From IMG/VR virus record IMGVR_UViG_3300042261_000588, positions 1 to 64,000 of that record: DNA of 64,000 bases. The stretch is one strand, 5' to 3'. Under the pieces are notes generated by a model. That model searched no databases. It was given only the letters and a program-made list of their open reading frames with translations, and was not told where the DNA came from. The DNA comes from a virus. Shown here piece after piece: positions 55,785 to 64,000 of the stretch. Both the position numbers and the translations under genes were made by a program. Every line of letters begins with the position of its first letter. The first letter of the stretch is position 1.

Positions 55785-56936
55785 ATGAATGACAAAAGAG
55801 AGAGAAGTGTTATTAGCCCAAGGTCGACGCATGAAGATGAATTCCGTGGTTTTGGCGATGACCTGCTTCATAAAGAAGAGTCGGAACAGGATGATGCAAT
55901 CAAAGTCACCGAGAAGGGTCAACGAGTTAAAAAGACATTGAGACAGAAAGCTCTCAGGGTCATGCTTAAGCGTGCAGGGATTAAGAATATTCCGACTATT
56001 GAGCAGATTTTTGAAGGTAAGACTGGACCTAAAATCTCAATCACTGAGATCGGATTCATTTCCCATGATAAACAGTCCGATCCTCTTCTTGCCGAACTGA
56101 GTCAGGAGTTCAATGAAAGGAATAGGCTAAATCGGGACGAGATTCTCAAGAGTCGGATATTGGCTGTTGGATCGGAGATATTCAAGGCTGGAAGGATGTT
56201 GACTCCTATTCATGTTTTCCATGATGCCAGCACTGGTGGTATCGAATGTATCAGTGGGCGTCATCGTTTGGCATTTATTGCCATAGTTTATGGTTCTGGC
56301 GTCAAGGTTCCGGTATATATTGAGAATTTGACTCTGATGGCTGCTAGGGAGGCCGTGGCGGTAGCCAATGACTCTAGACCGATCAAAGCCTTGGAGAGGG
56401 CGTCCTATGCCATCCTTAGGGCTGCTGGCGGGGATACTGAGTCTAATAGAGATAGGATATACGAAAAGATGTCCTCTCATAAACCCGACATAGGCAAGTA
56501 TTGTGTTCATGCCGTCATTGACAAGGGACATCCGGCAAAACTGACTTTCAAGCTATCTGAGCTGTCTTCTCGTCGAGACGGAGGGATAACGACAGTCAGT
56601 AACATCGAGGAATTCTGGTGCGAGGCTCTACTGAGAAAGAAGGGTATGACACGCAAAGAGTTCGAGGTTGGACTATTGCAATCGGTGAAGTTTCTAAATG
56701 CCTTCGTGGAGGCAATTCAGAAATTGCCAGGATTCGATTCAGATCAGCATTTGACTGCGAACATGATGTCCGCCATTGGGCGTTACTATAATGATCGTGC
56801 CGGTATGATGGCAGATGTCGAGCCATTAGCTTCCAGAGTTGTGAAAATTGGACAGACGACAAGAAAATCTTTCCCAGAGTTATATGAGGCAGTAGTTGGG
56901 AAAGAAAATATTTTCCAGAGTGATACGAGACGGTAG
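55785..56936 (+). CDS. ParB/Srx N-terminal-like domain protein
   Basis: LTPIHV...ECISGRHRL motif. Confidence 0.6.
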   Translation: MNDKRERSVISPRSTHEDEFRGFGDDLLHKEESEQDDAIKVTEKGQRVKKTLRQKALRVMLKRAGIKNIPTIEQIFEGKTGPKISITEIGFISHDKQSDPLLAELSQEFNERNRLNRDEILKSRILAVGSEIFKAGRMLTPIHVFHDASTGGIECISGRHRLAFIAIVYGSGVKVPVYIENLTLMAAREAVAVANDSRPIKALERASYAILRAAGGDTESNRDRIYEKMSSHKPDIGKYCVHAVIDKGHPAKLTFKLSELSSRRDGGITTVSNIEEFWCEALLRKKGMTRKEFEVGLLQSVKFLNAFVEAIQKLPGFDSDQHLTANMMSAIGRYYNDRAGMMADVEPLASRVVKIGQTTRKSFPELYEAVVGKENIFQSDTRR

Positions 56937-56948
56937 GATGGATCACTC

Positions 56949-57953
56949 ATGAAGAGATTTGGATACGATAAGGATACGGGATCGCTATTCTCTTGGGATC
57001 AAGATTTTCTGTTCGAGGGGAGTGGGAAGGTCGTACCAGAGGGAGCCTTTGTATCTGAAGATCGAATAAGGGATGAGATGACTGGATGCGCATTCATGTC
57101 CGGATGGACTGGCAAATGTATTGTCATCTCTTCGGATGGAGAGACTGATCATGCCAGTCTACTTGGATTTGTTTTTAAGGAAGGGTATCTTTTCAAAGGA
57201 TTGGATGTAGATCAGGAAGAATTGAAGAAGATGTCCGTTGGAATTCCTATTTGTGTTTGTGGCAGTGTAGTTCTTTCTGCCGAAAAGATAGCTAGTTTGT
57301 GTGCCTTGTATCCCAATTCGAGGATGTATGTTTGTCCTTTGGTGTATGGGTTGTCAGCATTAGGCGTCTTGGTTCGTAACGCCGATAAGACATTTTCGCC
57401 ACGGAGGATGCAAATTACTTGCGAAAACAAGGAGCCAATTGATGCCGAATTCAAGGAGTTCGACACAAAGTTGGATGGTGATGGTTTGGGCAGGATGGCT
57501 GACTTGGTGACTCATGGATTGTTGGTCGTGAATGAGATGAAGACTGTGCAGGGAGTTTCACCTTTCTTTGGGAAGACGTTGCACAGGGATTGGATGCCAG
57601 GAAGTCAGGTCATCGTTCGTCGGGCGGAGATAGACTCTCTCTTTCCGCAGGTTCCGATTTCTGCAAAAGACTATGCGGCAACATCTGTTTTTGTGAAAAT
57701 GAAGACAACGGATCAATTTAGGGATGCGGCAGGGTATAATGAACCGTTCGTGGATGTAGTGGTTTCGACAGACTATCTTCCTGAATTAAGTACATTCATG
57801 CGGTTTTACAAGACATTCTCAGGGAGAGGGTTTGTTTTCGTTTCAGAGCAGAATCTGGTTCGACACAAAGAGATCGTTCCGGTGTTTAGAGCCAACAAGG
57901 CTTACCGGGTTCTAAGGGGAAAGTATGAAAACTGTAAGGCTTTCGGGAAATGA
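56949..57953 (+). CDS. hypothetical protein
   Basis: ORF track. Confidence 0.75.
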   Translation: MKRFGYDKDTGSLFSWDQDFLFEGSGKVVPEGAFVSEDRIRDEMTGCAFMSGWTGKCIVISSDGETDHASLLGFVFKEGYLFKGLDVDQEELKKMSVGIPICVCGSVVLSAEKIASLCALYPNSRMYVCPLVYGLSALGVLVRNADKTFSPRRMQITCENKEPIDAEFKEFDTKLDGDGLGRMADLVTHGLLVVNEMKTVQGVSPFFGKTLHRDWMPGSQVIVRRAEIDSLFPQVPISAKDYAATSVFVKMKTTDQFRDAAGYNEPFVDVVVSTDYLPELSTFMRFYKTFSGRGFVFVSEQNLVRHKEIVPVFRANKAYRVLRGKYENCKAFGK

Positions 57954-57995
57954 GGAGATTGTTATGCACAATAAGGCGATATGGAAAGAGGAGCA

Positions 57996-60900
57996 ATGAG
58001 CAATCTTTCTGACTTCTATGTTGAAAATAAGACTCCTAATTCGGACAAGATTCAACTTGAGAAGAACATCCTCTTCGTAGTTCCTGAGAAAGGACACGAC
58101 ATATCGGGAGTTCTTGCTGAGTTTGGATTGTCTCGTTTCGAGATTGCACTGACATGGCCGAAATCTTCAGTATCGATACTCGATGAGATTGAGGCTGTTG
58201 GGGCAAAAGTGGTTTTACAGTTGGACTGTCAGTTGTCCATGAAGTATCCCGTTATCAACAGTCAGAAGCTTGAAACACTCGAACCGTTCAAGGCTCGTGT
58301 ATCCAAGGAGATTGCCGATCAGTTCGTTGGACTTCATCATCACGACGAGTTCAGTATCAAGGATGGACTCGGTACTGTTTCAAGTCTTGTTAAGTTATTG
58401 AAAGCTCAGAGACGTTCATTCTGTTGTATCACCAATCATGGTAGTGTTGGCGGATGGATCAAGCAATATAATGCTTGCAAGAAAGCCGGAATCAAGGCCA
58501 TTTTCGCCATGGAGGCATATACCTCAAACTATCGTGGAGCCGATCCAGAGATAAAGAAGGCTCATCGTTCGGCTAATCATCTTGTTCTCCTTGCCAATAC
58601 AGAAGAAGGGTTTTTCAACATCATTCGTATTCATAATGATGCTCAGCTCAATGGTTTCTACTACACTCCAAGGGTCAATCGGGAGGCTTTGGAGAAGTGG
58701 GGCAAGGGAATTATCGCCACATCAGCTTGCATGGCGGGAGAGCTGTCTAGGCTTCTCATGGATGGCAAAGAGGCAGAAGCCAAGGAGATGTGGGAGTTTC
58801 ATTCGAGGGTCTTCGACGCTTTCTATGTTGAGATTCAGATTATCGAAATGGAAGAACAGAGAGAGGCAAATCGTCGGTTGATTAAGTTTGCTCGGAATGT
58901 TGGAGCACCCATTGTAGTCACATTGGACTCTCACTATTTAGACCCGGAATATTCATCAACTCATGATGTTCTGATGTGTCTTCGTCAGAAGAAAACGCTC
59001 GTAGACAAGCGTGAGAAAGATGATGTCTGGAGTTTCGATGTCAAAAATCTTTTCTATCGAGATGCAGATTCCGTGAGAGACGTATTTGAGAATGGTTGGA
59101 CAGATGACAATGGAGAGTATCACTATCCTTTCAAGGATGGTGTATTTACAGAGGAAGTTTTTGCTGAGGCGATGGAGAATACATTGAAGATCGCTAGGGG
59201 AACAAAAGAGATTACATTGGACTCAAAGATCAAGCTCCCCCAGCTTTATGATAATGGAAAGGAAGTTCTTCGCAAGAAGGTCAATGCCGGTTTTACAGCT
59301 CGCGGGTATATGAAGAAACCAAACCGGGATGAATATGTAAGTAGGCTCAAGTACGAGTTTGACATCATTACAAAAACTGGATGGTGCGATTATTTTCTAA
59401 CGATGGAGAGGATTGTGGCAGATGCAAGAAAAGAATTCGGAGAATGGGCGTGGGGATATGGCAGGGGATCATCGGCATCTTCGTTGGTCGTAAATTGTCT
59501 CGGTATTACCGATATTGATCCAATAGAGTACGGCCTTATTTTTGAAAGATTCCTAGATTATTCCAGACCAGACCCTCCAGACATAGATGTGGATGCAGAT
59601 CCACGTATTCGCGATTGGATTAAAAGGCACATCGTGGAAGTTTTTGGAGAGAATAAAGTCTGCTCGATTGGCACTTATGCGACATACAAGACTCGTGCCG
59701 TCATCTTGGACGTTGCAAGGGCACTTGGAGAAAATCTAGCAGAAGTTAGTGCCGTGACTAAAAGAATTGAACCGCTGAGAGCATTTGAGGATGGGGCCGG
59801 AGAAGAGTTCAAAGTGGATCAGATGGACTTCGATGTCCTTTGCGAGCACTATCCAGAGTTGAAGGCTTACTTTGATCAGCACCCGGAAGTTAGAACACAT
59901 TCAGAGATACTTAGAAATCAAGTCAAGAATATGGGGACTCATGCTGGTGGTGTCATCGTGTCAGACCTTGACCTTAAGGATCGAATTCCCGTATGTCGAG
60001 ATAAGAGTGGTCAGATTGTTTCAACATGGGGGGAATCCGGCAATGTCCAGGAATTGAGTGCCGTTGGTCTTGTAAAACTAGATTTGCTCGGATTGAAGAC
60101 GTTGTCTGTCATTTCTGACTGCGTCAAGATGATTGAGAACACAACCGGGCAACATATAGCCAGGGCCGACATTCCCATTAGTGATCGCGAATCGATATTG
60201 AAGGGATCAAAAAAGGATTTGGTCGGTATATTTCAGTTTGAAAATCCTGTTACAAAACCGATTGCTGATGCGGTTGGTATGGAATCGTTGATGGACGTTG
60301 CCGTCGTAACATCTTTGATTCGCCCAGGGCCAATGGATGCAATGATCGATGGTGTCAGGATGCCGATGGAGTACGCACGTCGTAAGCACGGAGGAGAGTA
60401 TAAATCCCCGGAGTTTATTAAGACGGCACTGTCTAATACTCATTCACTATTGGTTTTCCAAGAAGACACGATGAATCTAGCTCGCGTGTTGGCCGGATAC
60501 TCGCCGTTAGAAGCAAATCGGCTTAGAAAATCAGTCGGAAAAAAGATTCGAGAATTGATGATTTCGATGCGTGATAGCTTTATTAACGGGGCAAAACCGA
60601 GAATAGATTCTGGAGAAATCACACTAGTAGAAGTCGAGGATATGTGGAGCCAGATTGAGAAGTTTTCTGGGTACGGGTTTGCAAAACCACACGCCGTTGC
60701 CTATGGAGCCATTACGACGGTTGAATTGTGGTTGAAGTACAACTTCCCCATTCAGTTCTGTACTGCTCTTCTCAACAATACGAAGCTAGGAAAGAAAAAG
60801 CACGGGTCAGATAATGTTCTCGTGGACTACATCAATTATGCTCGCAGGCGTGAAATTCCAGTTCTTGTTCCTGACATCAATATGAGTAGAGACGAATTCA

Positions 60901-61940
60901 GTATTGAAGGTGACTCGATTCGTTTTGCATTAGGACATGTAAAGGGTGTTGCCACGGCAGCAAAACTTATTGAAGCCTTTCAGCCTTTCACTGGTATGAA
61001 GGACTTCTATGACCGGGTTAAGGTAGTTGATGACGAAGATGATGATACGGTCACGGAAGTGGCCGATGGTGAGGCCGGAGTAAAAGAGGATACAGAGACA
61101 GAGCCGACTATTAAAACACCGAAGAAGGTCGCTGTTCGGCGTCCTAATCGTAGGGTGGTAGAGACTCTGATTGCGGCTGGCGCTTTTGATAGATTCGGCA
61201 CTCGAAACGAGATGTCGATGGAATACTGGCGTCTTTGCAGGAAGCCGACAAAGAAGGATCGTCTGGCTCTAAAGGTCTTGGAAGCAGAAGAGGCCGTTAA
61301 AGAGGCTGCGTTGGCCCTAGTGACGGCACAACAGAGTGGTGTCGAAAAGGACATCAAGAAGGCGACAAAGGCACTCTCCAAGGCAGAGGAGAGAGTGGTT
61401 AAGACTAAGCAAGCGATCATTGACGACGACAAGGTTGACAAGGTGATTGCCGATAGTCAAAAAGATGAAGGCGCAGCGGAAGAGGTAATTAAGAAGGCGA
61501 GTAAGGATTTGCCTCCAGAAGACAAGACTGTTGAGGAATGGCAAGAAGCAGAAGCCGAAGTTCTTGGTCTATGCCTGTCTCGTCCGATGCTTTACAAGGA
61601 GTATGAGGACCGGATTCAGAAAGAGGGCTGGCATCTGATTTCTGAAATAGACCCATCACAAAAGAGGGTGATGGTGTTTGGAGAGATCATGGAGGTAAGG
61701 CAGCAAATCTCAAAGGCTGGGAACTCCATGCACGTCGTTCAGTTGTCTGATGGTCTGGATACGATGAATTTCTTCGTCTTTCAGGGCGGATGGGATTTTT
61801 TCAAGGATAACTTCCGCACAGGGTATATTGGGGCAGTGCCACTGGCTAAATTTGACGATGATGGAAACTCTGACAATTCAAAGAAGCAAACTAGGTTCTT
61901 TGATGACCGTGGCAAGTGTATAATACTCAAGAAGGGTTAA
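57996..61940 (+). CDS. dnaE: DNA polymerase III alpha subunit
   Basis: PHP HHHDEFS...DSHY; GRGSS; FERFL; PDIDVD; HAGG; KLDLLG; IRPGP; FSGYGFAKPHA; C-terminal OB fold. Confidence 0.96.
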   Translation: MSNLSDFYVENKTPNSDKIQLEKNILFVVPEKGHDISGVLAEFGLSRFEIALTWPKSSVSILDEIEAVGAKVVLQLDCQLSMKYPVINSQKLETLEPFKARVSKEIADQFVGLHHHDEFSIKDGLGTVSSLVKLLKAQRRSFCCITNHGSVGGWIKQYNACKKAGIKAIFAMEAYTSNYRGADPEIKKAHRSANHLVLLANTEEGFFNIIRIHNDAQLNGFYYTPRVNREALEKWGKGIIATSACMAGELSRLLMDGKEAEAKEMWEFHSRVFDAFYVEIQIIEMEEQREANRRLIKFARNVGAPIVVTLDSHYLDPEYSSTHDVLMCLRQKKTLVDKREKDDVWSFDVKNLFYRDADSVRDVFENGWTDDNGEYHYPFKDGVFTEEVFAEAMENTLKIARGTKEITLDSKIKLPQLYDNGKEVLRKKVNAGFTARGYMKKPNRDEYVSRLKYEFDIITKTGWCDYFLTMERIVADARKEFGEWAWGYGRGSSASSLVVNCLGITDIDPIEYGLIFERFLDYSRPDPPDIDVDADPRIRDWIKRHIVEVFGENKVCSIGTYATYKTRAVILDVARALGENLAEVSAVTKRIEPLRAFEDGAGEEFKVDQMDFDVLCEHYPELKAYFDQHPEVRTHSEILRNQVKNMGTHAGGVIVSDLDLKDRIPVCRDKSGQIVSTWGESGNVQELSAVGLVKLDLLGLKTLSVISDCVKMIENTTGQHIARADIPISDRESILKGSKKDLVGIFQFENPVTKPIADAVGMESLMDVAVVTSLIRPGPMDAMIDGVRMPMEYARRKHGGEYKSPEFIKTALSNTHSLLVFQEDTMNLARVLAGYSPLEANRLRKSVGKKIRELMISMRDSFINGAKPRIDSGEITLVEVEDMWSQIEKFSGYGFAKPHAVAYGAITTVELWLKYNFPIQFCTALLNNTKLGKKKHGSDNVLVDYINYARRREIPVLVPDINMSRDEFSIEGDSIRFALGHVKGVATAAKLIEAFQPFTGMKDFYDRVKVVDDEDDDTVTEVADGEAGVKEDTETEPTIKTPKKVAVRRPNRRVVETLIAAGAFDRFGTRNEMSMEYWRLCRKPTKKDRLALKVLEAEEAVKEAALALVTAQQSGVEKDIKKATKALSKAEERVVKTKQAIIDDDKVDKVIADSQKDEGAAEEVIKKASKDLPPEDKTVEEWQEAEAEVLGLCLSRPMLYKEYEDRIQKEGWHLISEIDPSQKRVMVFGEIMEVRQQISKAGNSMHVVQLSDGLDTMNFFVFQGGWDFFKDNFRTGYIGAVPLAKFDDDGNSDNSKKQTRFFDDRGKCIILKKG

Positions 61941-61959
61941 AACAAAAAAGGAGGAAGGC

Positions 61960-62313
61960 ATGATCGAGAAGGGAACAGTGTTGCGTTGTAAGACGCAGAC
62001 GTTTGGAGATACGTTTGGAATTGTTTTGTGGGAGGTCGTTGAGACCGGGCTTCAAGCACCTGAGAAGGGACGTGAGAATCAAAAGGATGGTGTGAAGGTT
62101 GTCATGCTTGGTGGTTCTGGAGCCAATGCAAGGTCGGGAATTACGCTGACGGACTCCGAGGCTCATATTCAGCAGGACATTGATGCTGGTATTACCACCA
62201 TCGTTCCGTCTGACAAGCGAGAGGATATGCTTCTGAGTATCAAAAAGATGGTGAAGAGTGCGGGTGTTGGCAATATGCCCAAGCACTGTGGAGCCGGAGT
62301 CATCGAAATCTAG
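61960..62313 (+). CDS. hypothetical protein
   Basis: RBS AGGAGG. Confidence 0.8.
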   Translation: MIEKGTVLRCKTQTFGDTFGIVLWEVVETGLQAPEKGRENQKDGVKVVMLGGSGANARSGITLTDSEAHIQQDIDAGITTIVPSDKREDMLLSIKKMVKSAGVGNMPKHCGAGVIEI

Positions 62314-62327
62314 GGGGATCCATCATC

Positions 62328-62861
62328 ATGAGATGTCTTAATTGCGGAAAAGAGTTGTCGACGGGTGATGCTCCGAACAGTGCATTTTGCCGACAATGCC
62401 AAGATATTGGCACTTCGAAGCATTCTATGTCATTTGTAGCCGGGTGTGCAGGATGTGCAAGAGAATACGGTGGAGGGGCGATATGTTCACATTGCACACG
62501 AAATCCGATACACAAAGACATGTGGACCCAGAGATGTCGAGGTTGGATTTCATACGACTTTCACACGACACCACCCAGCGTGACGACTGTCCGCGAATTG
62601 GCATCACCGACTGGTTCGGGCTGCTACGCGCCAGAGCATCACGGACGCTGCTGCTGCAACTGCCGCTACCATCTTCGCGACCACTCGCACCCGCTCACGG
62701 ACGGCGGACGAATCACCGCGCAGCGCGGGTGGTTATGCAGCCCGCCTGAACTCGATGCAGCTTTCAGCGGTTGGTCCGAACATGGAATGTGCGAAATGCA
62801 CGATAGCCCGAATCACGAACGGGGCTGCTCACCCTCGGGCGGCCAAGGAGAAACGCCATGA
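62328..62861 (+). CDS. Cys-rich chimeric ORF (backbone N-terminus fused to cassette-derived C-terminus)
   Basis: Multiple CxxC motifs; GC shift near 62560 and half attC-like site ending GTTCGGG at 62620. Confidence 0.5.
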   Translation: MRCLNCGKELSTGDAPNSAFCRQCQDIGTSKHSMSFVAGCAGCAREYGGGAICSHCTRNPIHKDMWTQRCRGWISYDFHTTPPSVTTVRELASPTGSGCYAPEHHGRCCCNCRYHLRDHSHPLTDGGRITAQRGWLCSPPELDAAFSGWSEHGMCEMHDSPNHERGCSPSGGQGETP

Positions 62862-62913
62862 CAAAACCGAAACGCCAGCGGGCCTCCCGTAGCGGTGAAG
62901 CGGCTTGTTCGGC
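62814..62913 (-). mobile_element. attC-like site (array C)
   Basis: CACGAAC-6 nt-GCTCACC ... GGTGAAGC-5 nt-GTTCGGC; AAGGAG RBS and ATGA junction in the loop. Confidence 0.75.
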
Positions 62914-63118
62914 AGATACCATCCGCATGAACTGGTTGGAAACGGTATCGTGCAAAATATACGGTGTCGCGGTTCCGAGTGGCGACATTACCGTTCTGGA
63001 ATGGGATACGGATGGACACACCGAACGCACAGCCGAGGCCGCTACGCTTCGAGACGCGATTGACGCCGCAATGCTGATGCCGAACATGAGGCTTGAGGAA
63101 CGGAGCGCAGCGGAATGA
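62858..63118 (+). CDS. hypothetical cassette ORF
   Basis: DTIRMNWLE...TLRDAIDAAM; start and stop both lie inside attC loops. Confidence 0.7.
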   Translation: MTKPKRQRASRSGEAACSADTIRMNWLETVSCKIYGVAVPSGDITVLEWDTDGHTERTAEAATLRDAIDAAMLMPNMRLEERSAAE

Positions 63119-63145
63119 CGAATAGCCTCGACTCTCTGGTTGGTC
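63079..63145 (-). mobile_element. attC-like site (array C)
   Basis: Minus strand GACCAAC-5 nt-AGT[C]GAGG ... CCTCAAG-6 nt-GTTCGGC. Confidence 0.65.
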
Positions 63146-63663
63146 TTTCCGGGTTCCGCACGATTGTGGCTGACCCGCCGTGGCCGATCAAGTGGCAGCG
63201 CAACGCCGGGATCGGGAAGCGAGAACTTGACTACCCGACAATGCCGATAGCAGAAATGTGCCTGCTTCCTGTGCGCGAGTTGGCCGACAAGGACGGTTGC
63301 ACGCTGTTTTTGTGGACGACGAACGCCTTTCTTCAGGAGGGGCTAGGCATCGTGAAGGCGTGGGGGTTCACCTATGAAATGCTCTATACATGGTGCAAGA
63401 ACAACGGCATGGGCGGACATCCACGATGCGCCACAGAACACATGATTATCGCCGTACGAGGAACACCAAAGCGTGGAGACAGACACGACCCCATGACGTT
63501 GAACTGGGGTGTGTTTCCGCTTGGCAAACACAGCGAGAAGCCTGAAGCCGTGCAAGACATGATCGAACGGATTACAGAGGGGCCACGGCTCGAACTGTTC
63601 GCCCGTCGCGTCAGGCCGAACTGGGTTTGCTGGGGTAACGAGGTAGAGGCTAACCATGTATGA
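63115..63663 (+). CDS. MT-A70 family N6-adenine methyltransferase (cassette cargo)
   Basis: IVADPPW, YPTM, LFLWTT, WGF, HSEKP, LELFAR, WGNE. Confidence 0.92.
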   Translation: MTNSLDSLVGLSGFRTIVADPPWPIKWQRNAGIGKRELDYPTMPIAEMCLLPVRELADKDGCTLFLWTTNAFLQEGLGIVKAWGFTYEMLYTWCKNNGMGGHPRCATEHMIIAVRGTPKRGDRHDPMTLNWGVFPLGKHSEKPEAVQDMIERITEGPRLELFARRVRPNWVCWGNEVEANHV

Positions 63664-63815
63664 CAAACGGGTTTGTCTCCGTGGGCACAAACGAAGTGCA
63701 ACATGCCATGGATAAAGATTCCTATGTCAAGGGTGCCAACGATGCGCTGGACGGAATTATGCTTCTAGACCTTGAGCAACGGTTGCAGGGACGAATCGAA
63801 ATTGGGAAACAATGA
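63660..63815 (+). CDS. small hypothetical protein
   Basis: ATGA overlap with the MT-A70 stop; 51 aa; below the ORF-track threshold. Confidence 0.35.
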   Translation: MTNGFVSVGTNEVQHAMDKDSYVKGANDALDGIMLLDLEQRLQGRIEIGKQ

Positions 63816-63867
63816 CCGAGGTTGTTTGTGCGAGATTAAACATTAAACGATCAAAAATAGGAGACGT

Positions 63868-64000
63868 ATGAAAAATCGAATTGTGATTGTAACAGCTATC
63901 ATTATAGTTTATGGCGTATTTGCACAGGAGCCTATCAAGGTTGATCTGTCAGAGATGGTGGGTTCGCCAGCGGCGATGATCGCACCACCAATTACTAACT
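63868..64000 (+). CDS. signal-peptide-bearing protein, runs off the window edge
   Basis: RBS AGGAG; MKNRIVIVTAIIIVYGVFA. Confidence 0.6.
   Translation, partial: MKNRIVIVTAIIIVYGVFAQEPIKVDLSEMVGSPAAMIAPPITN

Noticed and set aside
1-64000. Alternative genetic code (stop-codon reassignment)
   Set aside because: Long conserved genes are intact in code 11, and TAG, TGA and TAA all end genes at sensible positions.
1-64000. Diversity-generating retroelement or integrase gene
   Set aside because: No reverse transcriptase, TR/VR pair or tyrosine recombinase motif was recognised in this window.

Overview
This 64 kb window is part of a large tailed dsDNA bacteriophage genome. Essentially all real genes are on the + strand and use the standard genetic code. 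Left to right it contains: (i) the end of a GC-rich array of small ORFs separated by attC-like palindromes (1-757); (ii) an RNA cluster made of a ~190-nt rod-like ncRNA candidate, a complete tmRNA, two tandem ~97-nt hairpin RNAs sharing an internal-loop motif (candidate Y RNAs), an initiator-type tRNA-Met(CAT) and a Ro60/Rsr TROVE-vWA gene; (iii) a morphogenesis module (3.9-36.5 kb) with neck-like proteins, signal-peptide fibre-like proteins, three paralogous tail-tube-like genes, three paralogous chaperone-like genes, a 2071-aa tape measure, baseplate proteins and a His-rich fibre, interrupted by a second, two-cassette attC-like insertion (7297-7818); (iv) a replication/recombination module (36.5-62 kb) with a SNF2 helicase carrying a class 3 intein, DnaB, a degenerate YhaM-like protein, primase, a sigma factor, a split Ski2-like helicase with UDG between its halves, a UvsY-like protein, a gp32-like SSB with a probable -1 frameshift extension, RecA, a 5'-3' exonuclease, an Mre11/SbcD-like nuclease, a ParB-like protein and DnaE; (v) a third attC-like array carrying an MT-A70 methyltransferase. 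The two strongest novelty candidates are the phage-borne integron-like cassette arrays, whose attC sites are inverted relative to the ORFs and hold the gene junctions in their loops, and the Ro60 + candidate Y RNA + tmRNA + tRNA locus. All product calls come from motif recognition by eye; no database searches or folding programs were run.
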